From Ruditapes philippinarum (Eukaryota): a stretch of 64,000 bases of DNA. The notes beneath the pieces are model-generated. The model was not told the DNA's origin and searched no databases. It saw only the letters and a list, made by a program, of their open reading frames with translations. The stretch lies in contig NW_026854547.1 of NCBI RefSeq assembly GCF_026571515.1, forward strand, positions 1-64,000, read 5' to 3'. Shown one piece after another: positions 1 through 14,243 of the stretch; within the stretch, counting starts at the first letter, position 1, and each line of letters starts with the position of its first letter. Both the position numbers and the translations under genes were made by a program.

Positions 1-458
1 GGAAAAAAAATGAAACAACAATGCACAAATCAAGTAGCACGTTAAGCACACAATTAAAACGTATTTAAAGAAATCAAGAAAAATCATTGCATTAAGAACA
101 TTTTCAAAAAAAATAACATGTGAAATATTTTTGTTTTAAAGTGCTAGAGCCATTTGGCATTCTGAACAATTGTTAATAGAAGAAGTATCTGTATGAAAAG
201 CATGCTAATTAAATAGATTTAATACAAATGGTTTTGATGGTTGAAACAACTTTATTGCCCCCAAGCTTTGATTTATTTAACTTGCAATAGATCGTATGGT
301 GTAATGTAAAGCCGTTTGCTTATTGTGTTCATATCAGTTTTATCAAATAAATAATTGCTGAAAGATAATATTTATGTATGTATGTTAAGTATATTTGAGA
401 ATGTAAATGTAACTTAAGTATGACAATATCATTTAACTTATATACCACTGCTTTATAG

Positions 459-1670
459 GTAAACATGATTACCGCCTGAACATTGCAAAGAAAGCAGGAG
501 CAAATTTCGCACTGAATGTGTCATCGGTCAAGGACCCAAAAGAAGTTGCAAAGATGGTTATAGATGCATTGGGTGGCAAAGCTGACATGTCTATAGATAG
601 CACTGGATTCCAGAGCAGTATCCAGGCTGCTATCTATGTAAGTTTAAAAGAAAATGTGCATAGGTACTTTTGTCAAAATAACTTTCAGGCTGTTAATTCA
701 TTATTTTATAAATACCTGGTATTTATACATATATCATAAATAATAAAAAAGCAACATTTCCCAATAAACATACGATTGTCTGTCTGTCAGATAAATCAGG
801 AGTAGTGTCTTGAATTTACACATATAGCGCATTAAGTTTGTACTAAATTCTAAGCATACTGGTACTAAACCTACTACAGTATTCAAAATGTGCTCGCAAG
901 CCTTATATTCTATTTCTTAGTTAGAGTAGAAAAACAGATTTAATACTACTCAGTTATTTAACAATCCTGTCTTCTTGAACTATCAACTATAGATATAGTT
1001 TCTTTTTCTAGGCAACCGGCAATGGCGGCAACGTTACAATCAGTGGACTGAGAGAAAATGTTGTTACATTACCAATAATAAACGCTGGCTTAAGAGAAGT
1101 TGATATCCGTGGAGTGTCCGTGAATGCACATTGTTACCCAATAGCACGTGAAATGATAGCCTCAGGTAGACAATACATTTGTATATTCTTTTTCCAATTG
1201 CAAAGCATTAAAATATGAGCTTTTTTCTCTGTTTGCATTTACTATGTGATTTATACATTTATAAACATGCATAAATTCAACTTACTAGTATGTGATAATG
1301 ACATATTCATCAACAATAAACATGCTGTGTTCAAGGACTCACCTTCAACGATTTGCAGCGAAGCCTTTGTTATAGCCTTTGTTATAGCTACATGTTATAC
1401 GACATTTTAACAAGTCACCTTTCTTGTCCTGAAGTTTATTATATAATATATATCAATGAATGTTTTGATTCAAATATTTGAACAGAGGAGGGGATGGGTA
1501 TATATTCTTATATTATATTTGGTTATTTGTAAAAAAAAAACGTTTGCTTGTTGCAGGTCGGTCAGTGAAAATCTTTGGTTAACCCGGGTTTTCCTTTGGG
1601 AAAGGGTTTAACGAGGCTTTTTAAGATGGCGAGGCAAAAAATGCATGAAATTAGTCGTTTGTAATAAAAT
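459..1670 (+). CDS. SORD-like zinc MDR dehydrogenase, copy 1 (partial; last three exons only, terminal exon frameshifted as assembled)
   Basis: Exons 459-637 (xKHDYRLNIAKKAGANFAL...IDSTGFQSSIQAAIY) and 1012-1165 (ATGNGGNVTISGLRENVVTLPIINAGLREVDIRGVSVNAHCYPIAREMIASG) have AG/GT boundaries and the same phases as exons 7-8 of copies 2-4. The last exon starts at 1557 after ttgcag and resembles VKxLVTHRFPLEKVNEAF but has several indels. End coordinate is approximate. Confidence 0.85.
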
Positions 1671-3339
1671 TAGACTTTGATAACAAAAAATTGGGTTTTC
1701 TTTTAGTTAAAATATTATGTAAAAGCGGAACTGTTATTTTATTGTAACTTTTTAAATTACATTAAGAAATTTTATGAATTTTTTTTTAATAAGTAAAACC
1801 TGTTAGAAAAACGAAAATTTTGATTTAGAGGTTCTCAAAAAAAATTAATCTACTTTAAACCTTTAGTGAGTATCTTTTTTTAAAAGATACCTCTTGTATT
1901 TGTTTATGTCATTGTCGTTTCTTATGTACCGTATGTTGCAACTGTCATGAAAATTATTATTTTAGAATGTATGAAATAATTTTATCATGCTATACTGAAT
2001 TGGTTAAGATGTGATTTAATTTTAATCCTTTCACTTTTTCTTTTTTTTTATATATCCTCCTTTCTTTTTTTTTGTTATGTTTTGTAGATCTATATATTTT
2101 GGATAAATATGTAATAAACATAAAAATAAAAATAAACATAAAAATGAAATGTACTTATGGTAAAATATTAAATATTTTGGCCTTATGTTTATCGTTACTT
2201 GTTCTTTATACGGGTTGCCAAAATAACTATATATTTGAACATTTTTTATTCATTTGCACGTTTGAGTATTTAAATCAAATTAAATTTTGAAATAAACAAT
2301 TGTGGTTAAACTACTAGTATTTGAGTTCATGTTCCTTTGGCGTTCCATAGATTTATGTATTTTTGTGTTAGTTGTTACCTGTAAAACGACTGAAGGTTAC
2401 ATATGAGGATGTGGTTTTTGTTCAGATTTATAGGACGTGACGGATATCATCAGTGTATACGACTATCATAATTATAACACATGAAATATACTTATGTTTC
2501 TTAAACCTTAAACATACCTTTAACTGAGATATAGTCAGCGTGTACATTTGATTAGCCACAAAACAAATCAAGTTTTCTTCTTTTTTTAGAAAGGGCAAAC
2601 GTCTGTTTTATAATTTCTAAATAATTGCTTCAGAGTTAAATGTTTATCATCTAAAGAAAGTAAGGCTGGATTTGGAATTATTTGTCATGAAAGAAGCAAA
2701 ATCTGAACAAAGATGTTTTTTTACTTTTACTTTTACTTCTATACAAAATAAAAATGTCATATAACTGTACTAATTGACAAAAAGCATCAGAGACAAAAGA
2801 CAGTTCAGGAAATTGGCCAAAAAAGTACATGTAACTGAAACAGGACACCAAGAAAAAGAAATTTGAGTAATAAAAACCACAACATTTATTGAGCATAACT
2901 GGCCTTTAAGACGGATTACATGTATATCATTTACCATATTGCGTCTATTCAATGCGTTTTTTTATCATAAGAATATTATTATAGAATCCTTACCACACTT
3001 TCATGTTGATTCAGTAACAGTGTCGTGCTTTTGTTAAAAAAAGAAATATCAGAAAGTCTTAATTACGCGAAATTAACCATAAACAAATGCAAAAAGGAAA
3101 TAACACGAAACATAAATCCAACTAATTAGAATTCATCATAAGCAGCGTGTACATTCCATACTTGTACTTGCATTGAAAACCAGTCACAATTTACATTTAC
3201 CCCGTTAAATTTGTTAAATCTATTTAGAAAATGAAATTTAGAAAAAGCGAGATCCTTCAAGGGCAATGAAGACAAAACTAAACATGTGAAAATAAGAGAC
3301 TTGTTTTGTGTGTCGCGTAATTCTGTTCATGGGCCTTAA

Positions 3340-4084
3340 GGCCTCAACAGACGGTAGGATTTTGAAGTACAACACCAATTAAAACTAAGATGTACAGACA
3401 AATCTTAATGTGTGAAGGCTACAATTTCTTGATTTCGGAAACCTTATGTCGAGATGTAAGGGATAGGACATGTTCTATTTTGAAAATCTTGTCGTATCGA
3501 TTTTTACAGACCTCCCACAATGACAAGTAACAGATAAGCAAATTATCTCCTGATAATGGATGTAATGAATGAAATTCCAGAACAATTAGGGCTAAAAGGT
3601 AAACATAGTAGTAAGATGGGGTAAAATGATGTTGAAAAACTCTTCAGGAGACCCAAAGTTGTGTTGTGTTCGAATCCCAAATTATTCCGAAAATGATTAT
3701 GTCACGGTATTGAGTTGTTCTGTAATTACATGAATTTGGGGAGGGGAGGTAGTTTGTAGGCGGCCACATAGCTAAGTCAGTAGAGCCGCAGTACGGTATT
3801 CCGAGGGTCCCAGGTTTGAGTCTCGATCAGGCTTCACATTAAAAAAATATATATATTTATATATATTTTTAATGGAGGTGTTTTCAATCATCATGGCGAA
3901 AAAAAGTATTAAGTGAGTAAAGTATGTAAAGGATCAATGTAAAGGGATCCTTTTCAGGGGAAACCTCAGAAGATTCTTACAGTATAGAATTGCCGTCTGA
4001 ATGCAAGTGTTGTATAGCTTTGAAAATTGTACATCTTATCTCTAATTAGTGCTGTACAACTAAATCCTACCGTCTGTTGAGGCC
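3340..4084. mobile_element. Non-autonomous DNA transposon (Kolobok-like MITE)
   Basis: 23-bp TIRs GGCCTCAACAGACGGTAGGATTT / AAATCCTACCGTCTGTTGAGGCC, flanked by TTAA at 3336-3339 and 4085-4088. TTAA TSD plus purine-purine termini fits Kolobok. Confidence 0.8.
3759..3840 (+). mobile_element. tRNA-derived SINE head / tRNA-like fragment nested in the Kolobok-like MITE
   Basis: A-box-like TAGCTAAGTCAGTAGAGC and B-box-like GGTTTGAGTCTC at tRNA spacing. The cloverleaf is imperfect. Confidence 0.55.
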
Positions 4085-4816
4085 TTAAATTAGTGAACCT
4101 TTCTATATGCCTGTAGACCGTAGAATGTTTAAGGTAAGCGAAAAGAAGACTATTATTTACTAATTATTTCCTACAATTTCTAACAATCGCCTAAACATAT
4201 TTGTGTGTGAATCTAAACTCACCAAAATGCAACTATGATACGATACTCCAAAGCAAAAGGCATCCCCCTAGTTTTCCTTCCTCAGACTGCACCTTTATTA
4301 TAACCGAGCTAGCTCTTGTGGAAGACATTTTCACGGTCTTGCTTTTGATATGGAACTATATCAAAACATTACAATAAAGCAGTCAGGAACAAAGACTATA
4401 ATTATTATACTGGGATATTTGTAAAGTTTGTTCTTGAACACACAAGTTTTGGGTTGATGAACACATTTTTTACATCGTTAGACCGAGTACATAATACAGA
4501 CATAATTGTAAAGTATTGTGAAATACAGTTAACAAATATCATAATTGAATCACCATCACATATTCGCCACGGATTGACGACGTTACACGTCAAATACTCA
4601 AGGTCAATTTTACATTTTTTCTTCTTCAAAATAAATGCAAGTTAACACCATTTCTGTTAAACCCTATAAACTTTTCGTACTTAAACGGTAGTTTAACTTT
4701 TTATTACGTTTATACTTGGCGGAGCTTTAGAGCGCGCAACATTAGTAAAACTTACTTCGTGTTGTTCTGGTGTAACACAATTAGATTTTTTTATGTTTTA
4801 TCAATTCTAAAATATA

Positions 4817-7800
4817 ATGACTGAGGCAAATTTAACAGCTGTATTTCATGGAATAGAAGATGTCCGCTTGGTAAGTTGGTTTGATTTAGACAAAAGCAAT
4901 TTATTTCTAAAAATATCTAGTTTAGAATTTTTTGCATACAACAACGTACAGACTATAATTTCTTTCAATGTGAACTTACCAACAATAGAGGGTAAATGCA
5001 TCATTTTTCGTGCATGTCATCTGCATGGGCGCATTTAAAGCCCGAGCCCACAGGGCAAATGATAAAATGAGGCCGATGGTTTCTGCAGATGAATGCTCGA
5101 AAAAGATGCATTTGCACTATTCTTGCATAAAAGGAAATGTATGCTTCGGTAATGTCGCGTTTCGTTGTCTAATTTCCTAAAAGAAATCGGCTTCGTCGTG
5201 CTTTTTATGTGCTAGTGCGATGTTATTTAACAGTAATGGTTTGATAATGAAATTACTGGGTCCGTCTTTTCAAGAAGCTATTTTACGTGGCGCCAAAACT
5301 TATATTAAAATGTACAGCAACGGCGCAGACACGCGTAATGTTATCTGGCAATGCATGTTTTATTCCCTGTGAACGAAGTTTTTATACAAAAATAATGGAC
5401 AATACCAACCCTTAATCTTTGTTGGGTGTATAATTATTGTTATAATTTCAAGTAGATCTTCGGAGCGAACAAAGTACATCTTATGGACATTTAACATAGA
5501 TAGCGAGCTTTATCTCCATATCAAGCTTTCAATTATTATGTTAGATTTTGTTATTTATTTAAAAAAAAAACACAAAAAAAACAAAGAAACAAACAAACTA
5601 AAAAACGAGAAACTATTTAAACAAGACATACATAATTAAGTTTAAAACTTTTAGCCTAGATTTTTCGACCGCATTATGATTGTACTTCTCAAACCAAAAC
5701 GTTGACCTCAGTTAACCAGAGATTTACATATATATCATTCTTGCCCCGAGGATATTTGATATGTTGTATTTTTTTTTTACCTCAAATTTTTGTATTTGTT
5801 ACATGGACAGTTAAGTTAGTCCTTGAATGTATAAAGGCTATATCTTACAAAAGTAAATACAAATATCATCATGAACAGAACAGAACAGAACAGAGTTTAT
5901 TTCATAACTTGTACACACATAGGTACATCGTTATTACAAACATTTTTAAATATAATTATAGGTCACATATTTTACAATTACACATAAAGAAAAAACAAAT
6001 CAATACAATACTGAGCAATGGGATATTTAATACATACAATGTGATACATTACATACACTGACAAAACTCCATTTATCAATTATATATCCATTTTTTTAAA
6101 TTACTTCTGTAAATGAATAATGAAGAGTACTAAATTTAAGCGGAGAACAAACTATAACTTCGCTTTTAATCGAATTTGTTTGATAAATTATTTATATAAT
6201 AATATACTGAAAAAACATCAAGGTATATATAATCAAAACTGCATCATAATACTATTGAAGATTTCTGAAGTAATCATTTCGTTTGATGTTTGCCTTTTTT
6301 AAATAATAACATAAGTTTGTAAGTACTTTATGACTTTTAGATTGTAGTAGTTCTATAAATTTGGCCATACTAGGCCTAATGTAAAAATATCGCTTAATGT
6401 ATTGACTACGTAGATTTTCATAAGCACTGCATTTTAAAACAAAATGATATTCGTCTTCGAGTTCGTTAGTATCACAGAATTGACAAGTTCTTTCGTGGCG
6501 TTCTACACGGCCTCGACCATACCTTCCGGACTCAATTCTAAGTCTGTGAGAGGACACTCGAAGGCGTGTAAGAGCGCTTCTAAAAGATTTACAATTAATC
6601 TTATCTAAATATAATTCATAACAGAACTGATCTTTTACATATGAATATAGATGACTGAGCACACCATTACTAGATACATCTGCACGCCATTCTTGTAAAT
6701 AACAATCGATAAGTCTTTGTTTAAAAACAGGTAAGAACTGTTTTAACAATACACTATCGGGAAATTCCATATTTCGGCAAAACCAAGTACCGCAAGCAGT
6801 TTTTTAATTTTACATGGCCAGTTATTTGTGCCATTTTCACATTTGTCACTGGCATTTTCGTAAATGCATTTTAATATAATGTTATCCGTATTCAGTAATT
6901 TAAACCAATACTTTATTATATGTGTGTACCTAATGATAAATAACGGATACCTCCCTAATTCCCCGTAGACCGATACGTTACTTGTACTTAATTTAACGCC
7001 CAAAATCGTTTTACAGTATTTGAGATGTACACGTTCTAACTCTTTGGACTTAGTGAAGCCCCAAACCGGGCAGGCATAGTTTAAGATAGATCCCACAAAA
7101 GCATCAAACAATTGAAGCGATATCGAAGGGCTAAGTTCATATTGTTTTATATTATTTAGCAGTATATTTGAGGCTTTTAAGGCCTTTCCGACTATGTACT
7201 GGTTATTTAATACGAATGAGCCGGTATAATTAAACACCACCCCTAGGTAGTTGAAGTCATTAACTATTTCTAGAGGCACATTATTGAAATGCCAGCGCTC
7301 ATTACATTTTAGCCCACCCCTACGACGAAACACCACTATCTTGGTCTTAGATGTGTTGACTTGTAGGCCCCAGTACTGGCAGTACTCGTATAATTTGTCT
7401 AAACTGGCCTGCAAATCTTCAACAGAATGGCCAATAATTGCCATATCATCGGCGAATAGCAGTATGATAAGGCACATATCATAAATAGATAAACCTGATT
7501 TAATGGATCCTTGCAGGAAAAGTTCCAAGTCTTCAAGAAAAAGGGCAAACATGACTGGCGAATTATTTAGGCCTTGCCTCAATCCAATGGAAATATTGAA
7601 AAAGTCAGAATAGGAATCAGAATGTTTAACACAAGACTTAACTATATTATACATAGACCTAAACATTTTTAAAAGTTTTCCATCCAACCCAAGATGATAC
7701 AATTTAAACCACAGTGCCTGTCGATAAACGGAGTCAAAAGCCTTTTGTAGATCTACAAATGCACATGGCAAACGTGACCCTTGCGAAATAACATGTTCTA

Positions 7801-10800
7801 TGAGGTTATGTAATGCAAATATAGCATCTACAGTGCTGTGACCCTTTCTGAAACCGAACTGGGCGTCAGATAGAATATTATAACTTTCGAACCATTTCTC
7901 AACCCTAGCTGTTAACACACCAGTGAATAATTTTCCAAGGTTACTCAAAAGTGTAATGCCCCTATAGTTGTTAGGGTCATTTTTACTTCCCTTTTTGTGG
8001 ATCGGTATTATATAATCTTGTGCCCATATATCTGGGAAATAACCTGAATTAAAAACAATATTAAAAAGATCTGTTAGATGGCCTCCAATGATATCAATCG
8101 ATTCGATTAAGTATTCATTTAAAATATTGTCACTGGGACATGGCGATTTGTTTCGGCCGAGTCGCTTGACTGCAGCGGTTACCTCCCCTAGTGTGATAGG
8201 TAAGTTAAGCTCACCGTATGTAGGATCATGTAAATTTAAATCATTATTATCGTTAAAATTTTCAACCTCATTTATAACAGTTGTCGGAATATTATTAAAC
8301 AAATCTGAAAAATAATTTTTAAAATGCTCTACTGTTATATCATTTTGACATGACTGATTATTAGATTTAAAATATTTCCAAAACTCACGCGGTTTACTTT
8401 TTCTTAACTCCGAAAGCTTCCTACCTTCTTTCAATTTGTAAGCGCGTTTTTTCTTGCGCACTATATATTTATACGTTTTGCGCTGTTTGCAAAGTTCAAT
8501 TCTATTTATTTCGGACTGGTTACTGTTTTAATTGTGCAACGCGCGTTTATAAAGTATCTTATGGTCTACACATTCCTTATCATACCATATATTTAGATTT
8601 GCTTGGGAGGGTACTTTATTTTTATATTCACGTTTGAACAGAGGCGACGCAACTTCCGAAATGATGTTTGTAAACATATCCACTGTGTAATCTATTCTAT
8701 TTAAATCACTACAATCCGCACTTACAATAAGGATTATTGAAATCGGGTAATTTAGCTATAAGGCCGCGCCGAAAGATTTCTTTGTGTTCCGTGTTCCATT
8801 TGTAAACTGTGTGAACGCGAGATTCGTTGTTATTAACAATATCCTCCGTTAATGGTTTAATCGCTCGCATACTTAATCTCAAGGCAGCATGATCACTAAA
8901 TATATTAAAGGGGCAAATTTCGAACATACTAAGCGTATCAAAATCGGGCTCTTTTAGAAGTAAATAATCAATTACACTATGCGCGCCTCGGCTATAATAG
9001 GTAAAACCACAATAATTATCTAACTGGCCTAATCTCCCGTTAGCTACCCGCAAACCGGTTGCCTTACACAATTCAAGCATTTTGTGACCGCGTGTATTGG
9101 ACAAATTATCAAGCGAGGCCCTAACAAGGTGATTATCGGAAACATAAAAGTCCGGATCATAATTTCTAATATTTTTGTCACAAACAATATAGTCAGGTTT
9201 GTTACCAATACGACAGTTCCAATCACCTGCTACATATACTCGACCCGATTGTTCAAAATTAAAGACATCTTGTTCTATGACATCAAAAAGGTTAACGTCT
9301 ATAACATTTGCAGCAGGAGATTCATCCGGCCATAAATATAAACAACAAAAATAAACATCCTTATCAAAATTGAAAAAATCACAATCAAATTTAAGCCAGA
9401 CAATAGTGTCAAAATTATTCTTAACTATAGATACACCTTGATTGAGGCATTCACGTACGTAAATTGACATTCCACCACTATTACGTCTTGCCCTTTTATG
9501 TTTGAACTTTCGATATAAATTATAGCAACGATAGCCTTCTATAGACACATTTGAATTTTTATCGGTCCATGTTTCACTTAAAACAATATTATCATTATCA
9601 GTTAAAATGGAAAGAAAATCTTTATCAGAACGTTTTGTGTCAGTTAAACCATTTAAATTCCATACTAGAATACTAAGTTCATCCTCCAATAAATCCTATT
9701 CGTACTTGACTGGGGTTCCGTCTATGTAAAGGGTGTCGTAAACAAACCAGGCTTTCTTCTTATCCTTTATAGCAGCTTTCAACTTCGGTAACAGTTTACG
9801 GCGTCTAGCGACAATTTCAGGAGGGAATTGCTCGTGCAAAAAATAATCCGTGTGATCTAAAAGTTTGTTTTGTCATCTAACTATTTCACGGTCTGAGAAA
9901 TAAGCGAATCTGCAGACAACTTTGCGAGGCTCCGTTGTATTACCCTTAACTTGGCCTAATCTATGTACTCGCTCTATTTTCATAGAATCAACAATACTCT
10001 GTGCCACTTTTAAATTATCCACAAAGAATTTGCGCATAACGCTATCAAGATTTTCATCTTCCTCTTCCTTGAATCCCCCGAATCATGTCTATACAACTGA
10101 CGTTTATAGTCGAGAACGAAACAAGCGGAAACAAACACGGCCCATTGTGTTATTCGTTCTTACAAATGCCGTACATGAGTATAATAACGGCTTATACATC
10201 GTTAAGAATTGAAGACAAGGACTTTGACTCTATCAATTGAGCAAATTCAACAATATTTCGCACCTTCTTTTTATCATAAAGACAGTCTTAATTTGAAAGA
10301 AATGGGTAAATTTTAGGTTTAAAAACATGTTGTATGCTTTCAAAGAAATCTTTATTAGATAGTAGGTGTTTTAGTGAAATGCTGTCAGCTTTTAATAATT
10401 CCAAGCGATAGATAAAGAAAGAAGACAGGATATGACTAGGAAGAGTTTCTGGTTACAGTTAATGGGGGAATAAAATCTTACATTTGCATATTCACATTCA
10501 CATGGTTCTGTTCAGATAAGTAGTCTGGTCTTTTAAAGCTTTATCCTGAGGAAAATGTGCTATAAACAGTCCGCATGAATGCTTTTTAACAGTTAATTTT
10601 AGGAAGACACTGTTTCTACAAATAATGTTGCAGAAGTCAAAGATATTTTGAAAATTGAAGCAGTAAAGATTTTTTTAAATTACTAATTGCTCATGACATT
10701 TAACACTTTCTTCATATATCTGTTTTAAAAGATTAACTGAACTTCAGTTTTAATCTTACCCTAAAGACAAAACCTTTGGTTTTGCATTATTCTTCTTTGT

Positions 10801-13800
10801 AAACATAAACATATATATATGAAATAGCTATATTATATTTTTCATATGTGAAAATATACTTTTATTTTACTTTTTCAGCAAGTCGAAAAAATACCAGAAC
10901 CAGGCCCTGGAGGTTGGTATTTCTATTTGAACAAATCTGTCAATACGGAATCGAAAAACGTACCATTTGGATCAAAAGTCTGAAACCATTATCATTGTAT
11001 TTAGTTGATAGTTGCTCTTATTTACTCAAATAACTCATATATTTCATTCTACGGCATCTGACCATTTTTGGTCTATTTTAAAAGTTTTGATTAGAATTTT
11101 GATTTGATTTCATTCTTGTTAAATATGGCTGCGTTATATACATCAAATTGAAAGACATTGATTTCTTGAACCTGTAGAGATCATTTAAATATTCTTGCAG
11201 AGGTACAAATCCGTGTAGAAAATGTTGGAATATGTGGTTCGGATCTTAGTTTCTGGAATCATAACGGAATTCCGGAATGTATTGAAAGTAAGGATCCCTA
11301 TGGTTTAGGACATGAGGGCGCAGGCATTGTGTCAAAGCTAGGTGAAGGTGTCACTTCTCTAAAGATCGGTAAACTGAACCCTATTTATTTAGCTTTACTA
11401 TCATTATAAGCATATTTATTCACTTATACTTTAAATGAATTTATTTAAAAACTTTTTATATCTTCTTAGGCATCAGGCAAGGAAAGAAACTTTATTTTAC
11501 ATCATTCTTGTACAAAATCGGTGGTAATGTAACCACTAAGCAATAACCATCCGCTTTTAGATTTTTTGTTATTTTCAGTATACATGTACCTTCTGTACAG
11601 CAAAATGAAAATACTAACTATACAAATAATTGAAATTTATAGGTGACAAAGTTGCCATGGATCCATTTTCCTATTGTGAAACGTGCTCTGATTGTAGAGA
11701 AGGAAAGTTCAATTTATGTGAGAAGGCAGCGATACATGGTTTTCCTGGACATTGGGGTTACATGGCACGATATTGTGTTGAGAATGTTAAGCACTGTTTC
11801 CGGTAAGTGACACTTTCAAGAGAATAGATGTCTTTATTACAAAGTGCATGCTACATTTTCTAATGCATAACTGCCTATGAGTGTCATTGAGAATACGTTG
11901 AAGTAACGCAATTAATTTTATCAACTTAAACCTAATATTTTCCAGGTTGCCAGACCACATTAGTACAGAGGAAGGCGCTATGCTCGAACCTCTTGCTGTC
12001 GCCCTGCATGGATGCCGCCGTGTTGGAGTGTCTGCTGGAAACAATGTTCTCATTACTGGAGCAGGTACAGTTATAATTTATACTATAATAATTAACGATG
12101 TTTAAATTAAGTGAATTGATGAGATGAGTAAACAAAACTTTGGATTGTTTGGGTGCTTTGAAGGAGGGGGGAGGAACTTTTTAAAAAAGTGCGTGCCAAG
12201 TTTGTACCCTTTATTGGTTCATGTATAAAACAATTATGTAAAGGGATAAAAGGCTTGACTGTTAGACTATTTGTTAAGTTATGAGAGGAAATATTAGTAC
12301 CAAATTAATATTTTGTTATAGTTGTTTTGGGTTAATGAATTTTATATAAATATATAAATTATAATATAATAACTTAGTAAAATGATATTTGATTTATAGG
12401 ACCCATGGGTTTACTGTCAATGATGGCTGCCAGGGTGTTTGGAGCTACAAACATTTGTGTTACAGGTTATCTTATCAATTTTTTATTTATACAGTGTATT
12501 ATATAAAATTCTACATGACGTTTCTGCTGAAGAACATGTTTATATGGAAATTTCTAAAAATGATATTTGTCATTATTACGAAATTTCTATAAATATAATG
12601 GAATTTAAGAAAAAATTCGAGATGTGGAAAATAAACATAATTTGACACAAAGATTCACAACCTAAACGCCTATGATATCACACGCGGTATCTTTTTTTAT
12701 TCCTGTTGTGGTAATGGTTTAACTTGCAAGTTATTTCATGTTTTCATGGTTTGATTAGATTGTAAATTTTTGTTTGACAGATGTGCTTGAATCTCGTATT
12801 AAACTGGCAAAGCAGTTAGGGGCTGATTATGCACTAGACGTGAGATCAAAAGAACCAGAGGAAATTGAAAAAATGGTAGAGGAGTGTTTTGGTGAGAAAC
12901 CACACGTTGCTATAGAATGTAGTGGTTCACCAAGTGCTATAAGGGCAGCCATACGAGTGAGTTGTTGTGTTTGTTTCACTTGCAGCCCTTTAGTACAGCA
13001 ATCTTTTATAAACATCACTTTTTTCAAATGGCAAAGGATAATGTTTTGTAAATTAAATATGCAATAAGTAAGTTGTTTTTTTATGAAAAGAAGAAACAAT
13101 CGGATGAATAAGTTGCTCAATGTCTTGACCATTTTATATCGTTCAACGTTTTAAGATGTTCACCCAGTCCTTCGGTATATCAAATTATATTATTTGCATG
13201 CCTCTTTGAATTAGTCTGCCATATCGACCAACAATTATCGTTTCTGAATAAACTCAAGGAATGAAGAAATATAAGGTTATGTCTCTGCAATGTTTGTTAA
13301 AAGGGGTGTTTCCTATTAAATTTTAGTCTACAAAGAGTGGTGGTCGTGTGGCACAGGTTGGGCTCGGAGAAGCAAATGTTACTGTACCAATTATTAACGC
13401 ATCATTTAGGGAAGTGGATATATTAGGTGTTCGGGCATACCTATATTGCACACCACTGGCAATTGACCTTGTATCATCTGGTAAGTCATATCTTACAGCA
13501 TTTATACTCATTCATAATTCAAAAATAAAAATGTATAAAAAAAATATAAAAAATCACCTTATATATTATGCAGTTATACGGTGATACTTATGAAGTCCCC
13601 ACTTTTGTTTTTAAATTATATCGGACAGTGATATTACAAGTCATATAACTTTTATGGAAACGGCATACAAAATAAAATGTCAAGTTCTAGATATATTTGA
13701 AATTTTATATCGTTTTCTAAGTGAAGAGATAAGAGAAATGCATTATTTACTAGAATTTATATGATACTGTCTTTGGAATTAACACCAGAATGAATACAAT

Positions 13801-14243
13801 GCTGATCCAAATCTACAAATTGTACACTTAGTACTTTAATAAGTATACATCGAAGTCATCTGCTCTGAAACTAACAAAAAATGTGTGTTTGTTAGGAATA
13901 ATGACATGTCTTCGTCATTTACACAGGGCCAAAAACAACAAACACGCACATCAGGTTTTCTCATCTTATTTGAATAGTAGCCAGTTTCATCTCAGACTCT
14001 ACAATAACTGTAACTAAAAAAGGGAATTGAGAATGTCAACTCAAAAATATGAAAAATAGATATTATCTAGATATAGGTCCATCGAATTACCTTACTTTAA
14101 TTGATTTACTTTCAATTCCAGGTCAAATGGACATTAAACCTCTTGTCACGCATAGATTTGATTTGGAAAATGTCACTGAAGCTTTCGAAAAGGCACAGTC
14201 ACGTGATTGCGGAAAGGTCATGATCAGATGTAGCAAGAATTAA
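4817..14243 (+). CDS. SORD-like zinc MDR dehydrogenase, copy 2 (9 exons, 350 aa)
   Basis: Exons 4817-4870, 10879-10912, 11201-11368, 11643-11802, 11946-12064, 12400-12465, 12781-12956, 13327-13480 and 14122-14243 are all GT-AG and join in frame to 1053 nt. Motifs: GICGSD, GHE, CxxCxxCx7[27 protein letters not shown]. Confidence 0.95.
4977..5428. mobile_element. Probable MITE in SORD-like copy 2 intron 1
   Basis: Degenerate inverted termini CCAACAATAGAGGG ... CCCTTAATCTTTGTTGG. Confidence 0.35.
5874..10081 (-). mobile_element. 5'-truncated LINE retrotransposon (RTE-X-like): partial ORF1 plus ORF2 with APE endonuclease, RT and CCHC
   Basis: Endonuclease ORF 9689-8709 (WNLNGL, LSETW, AGDWN, IDY, SDH), RT ORF 8461-6743 (QFGFRK, FVDLQKAFDSV, GLRQG, LLFADD, YLG) and C-terminal 6770-6252 (HRLRIESGRY...CQFC...EDEYHFVLKC). 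ORF1 C-terminus at ~10081-9697 (HEQFPPEIVARRRKLLP). 3' end is AATAAA plus (TTCTG)n. Candidate TSD ATCATG at 5868-5873 and 10082-10087. ORF2 has two frameshifts and one stop. Confidence 0.92.
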
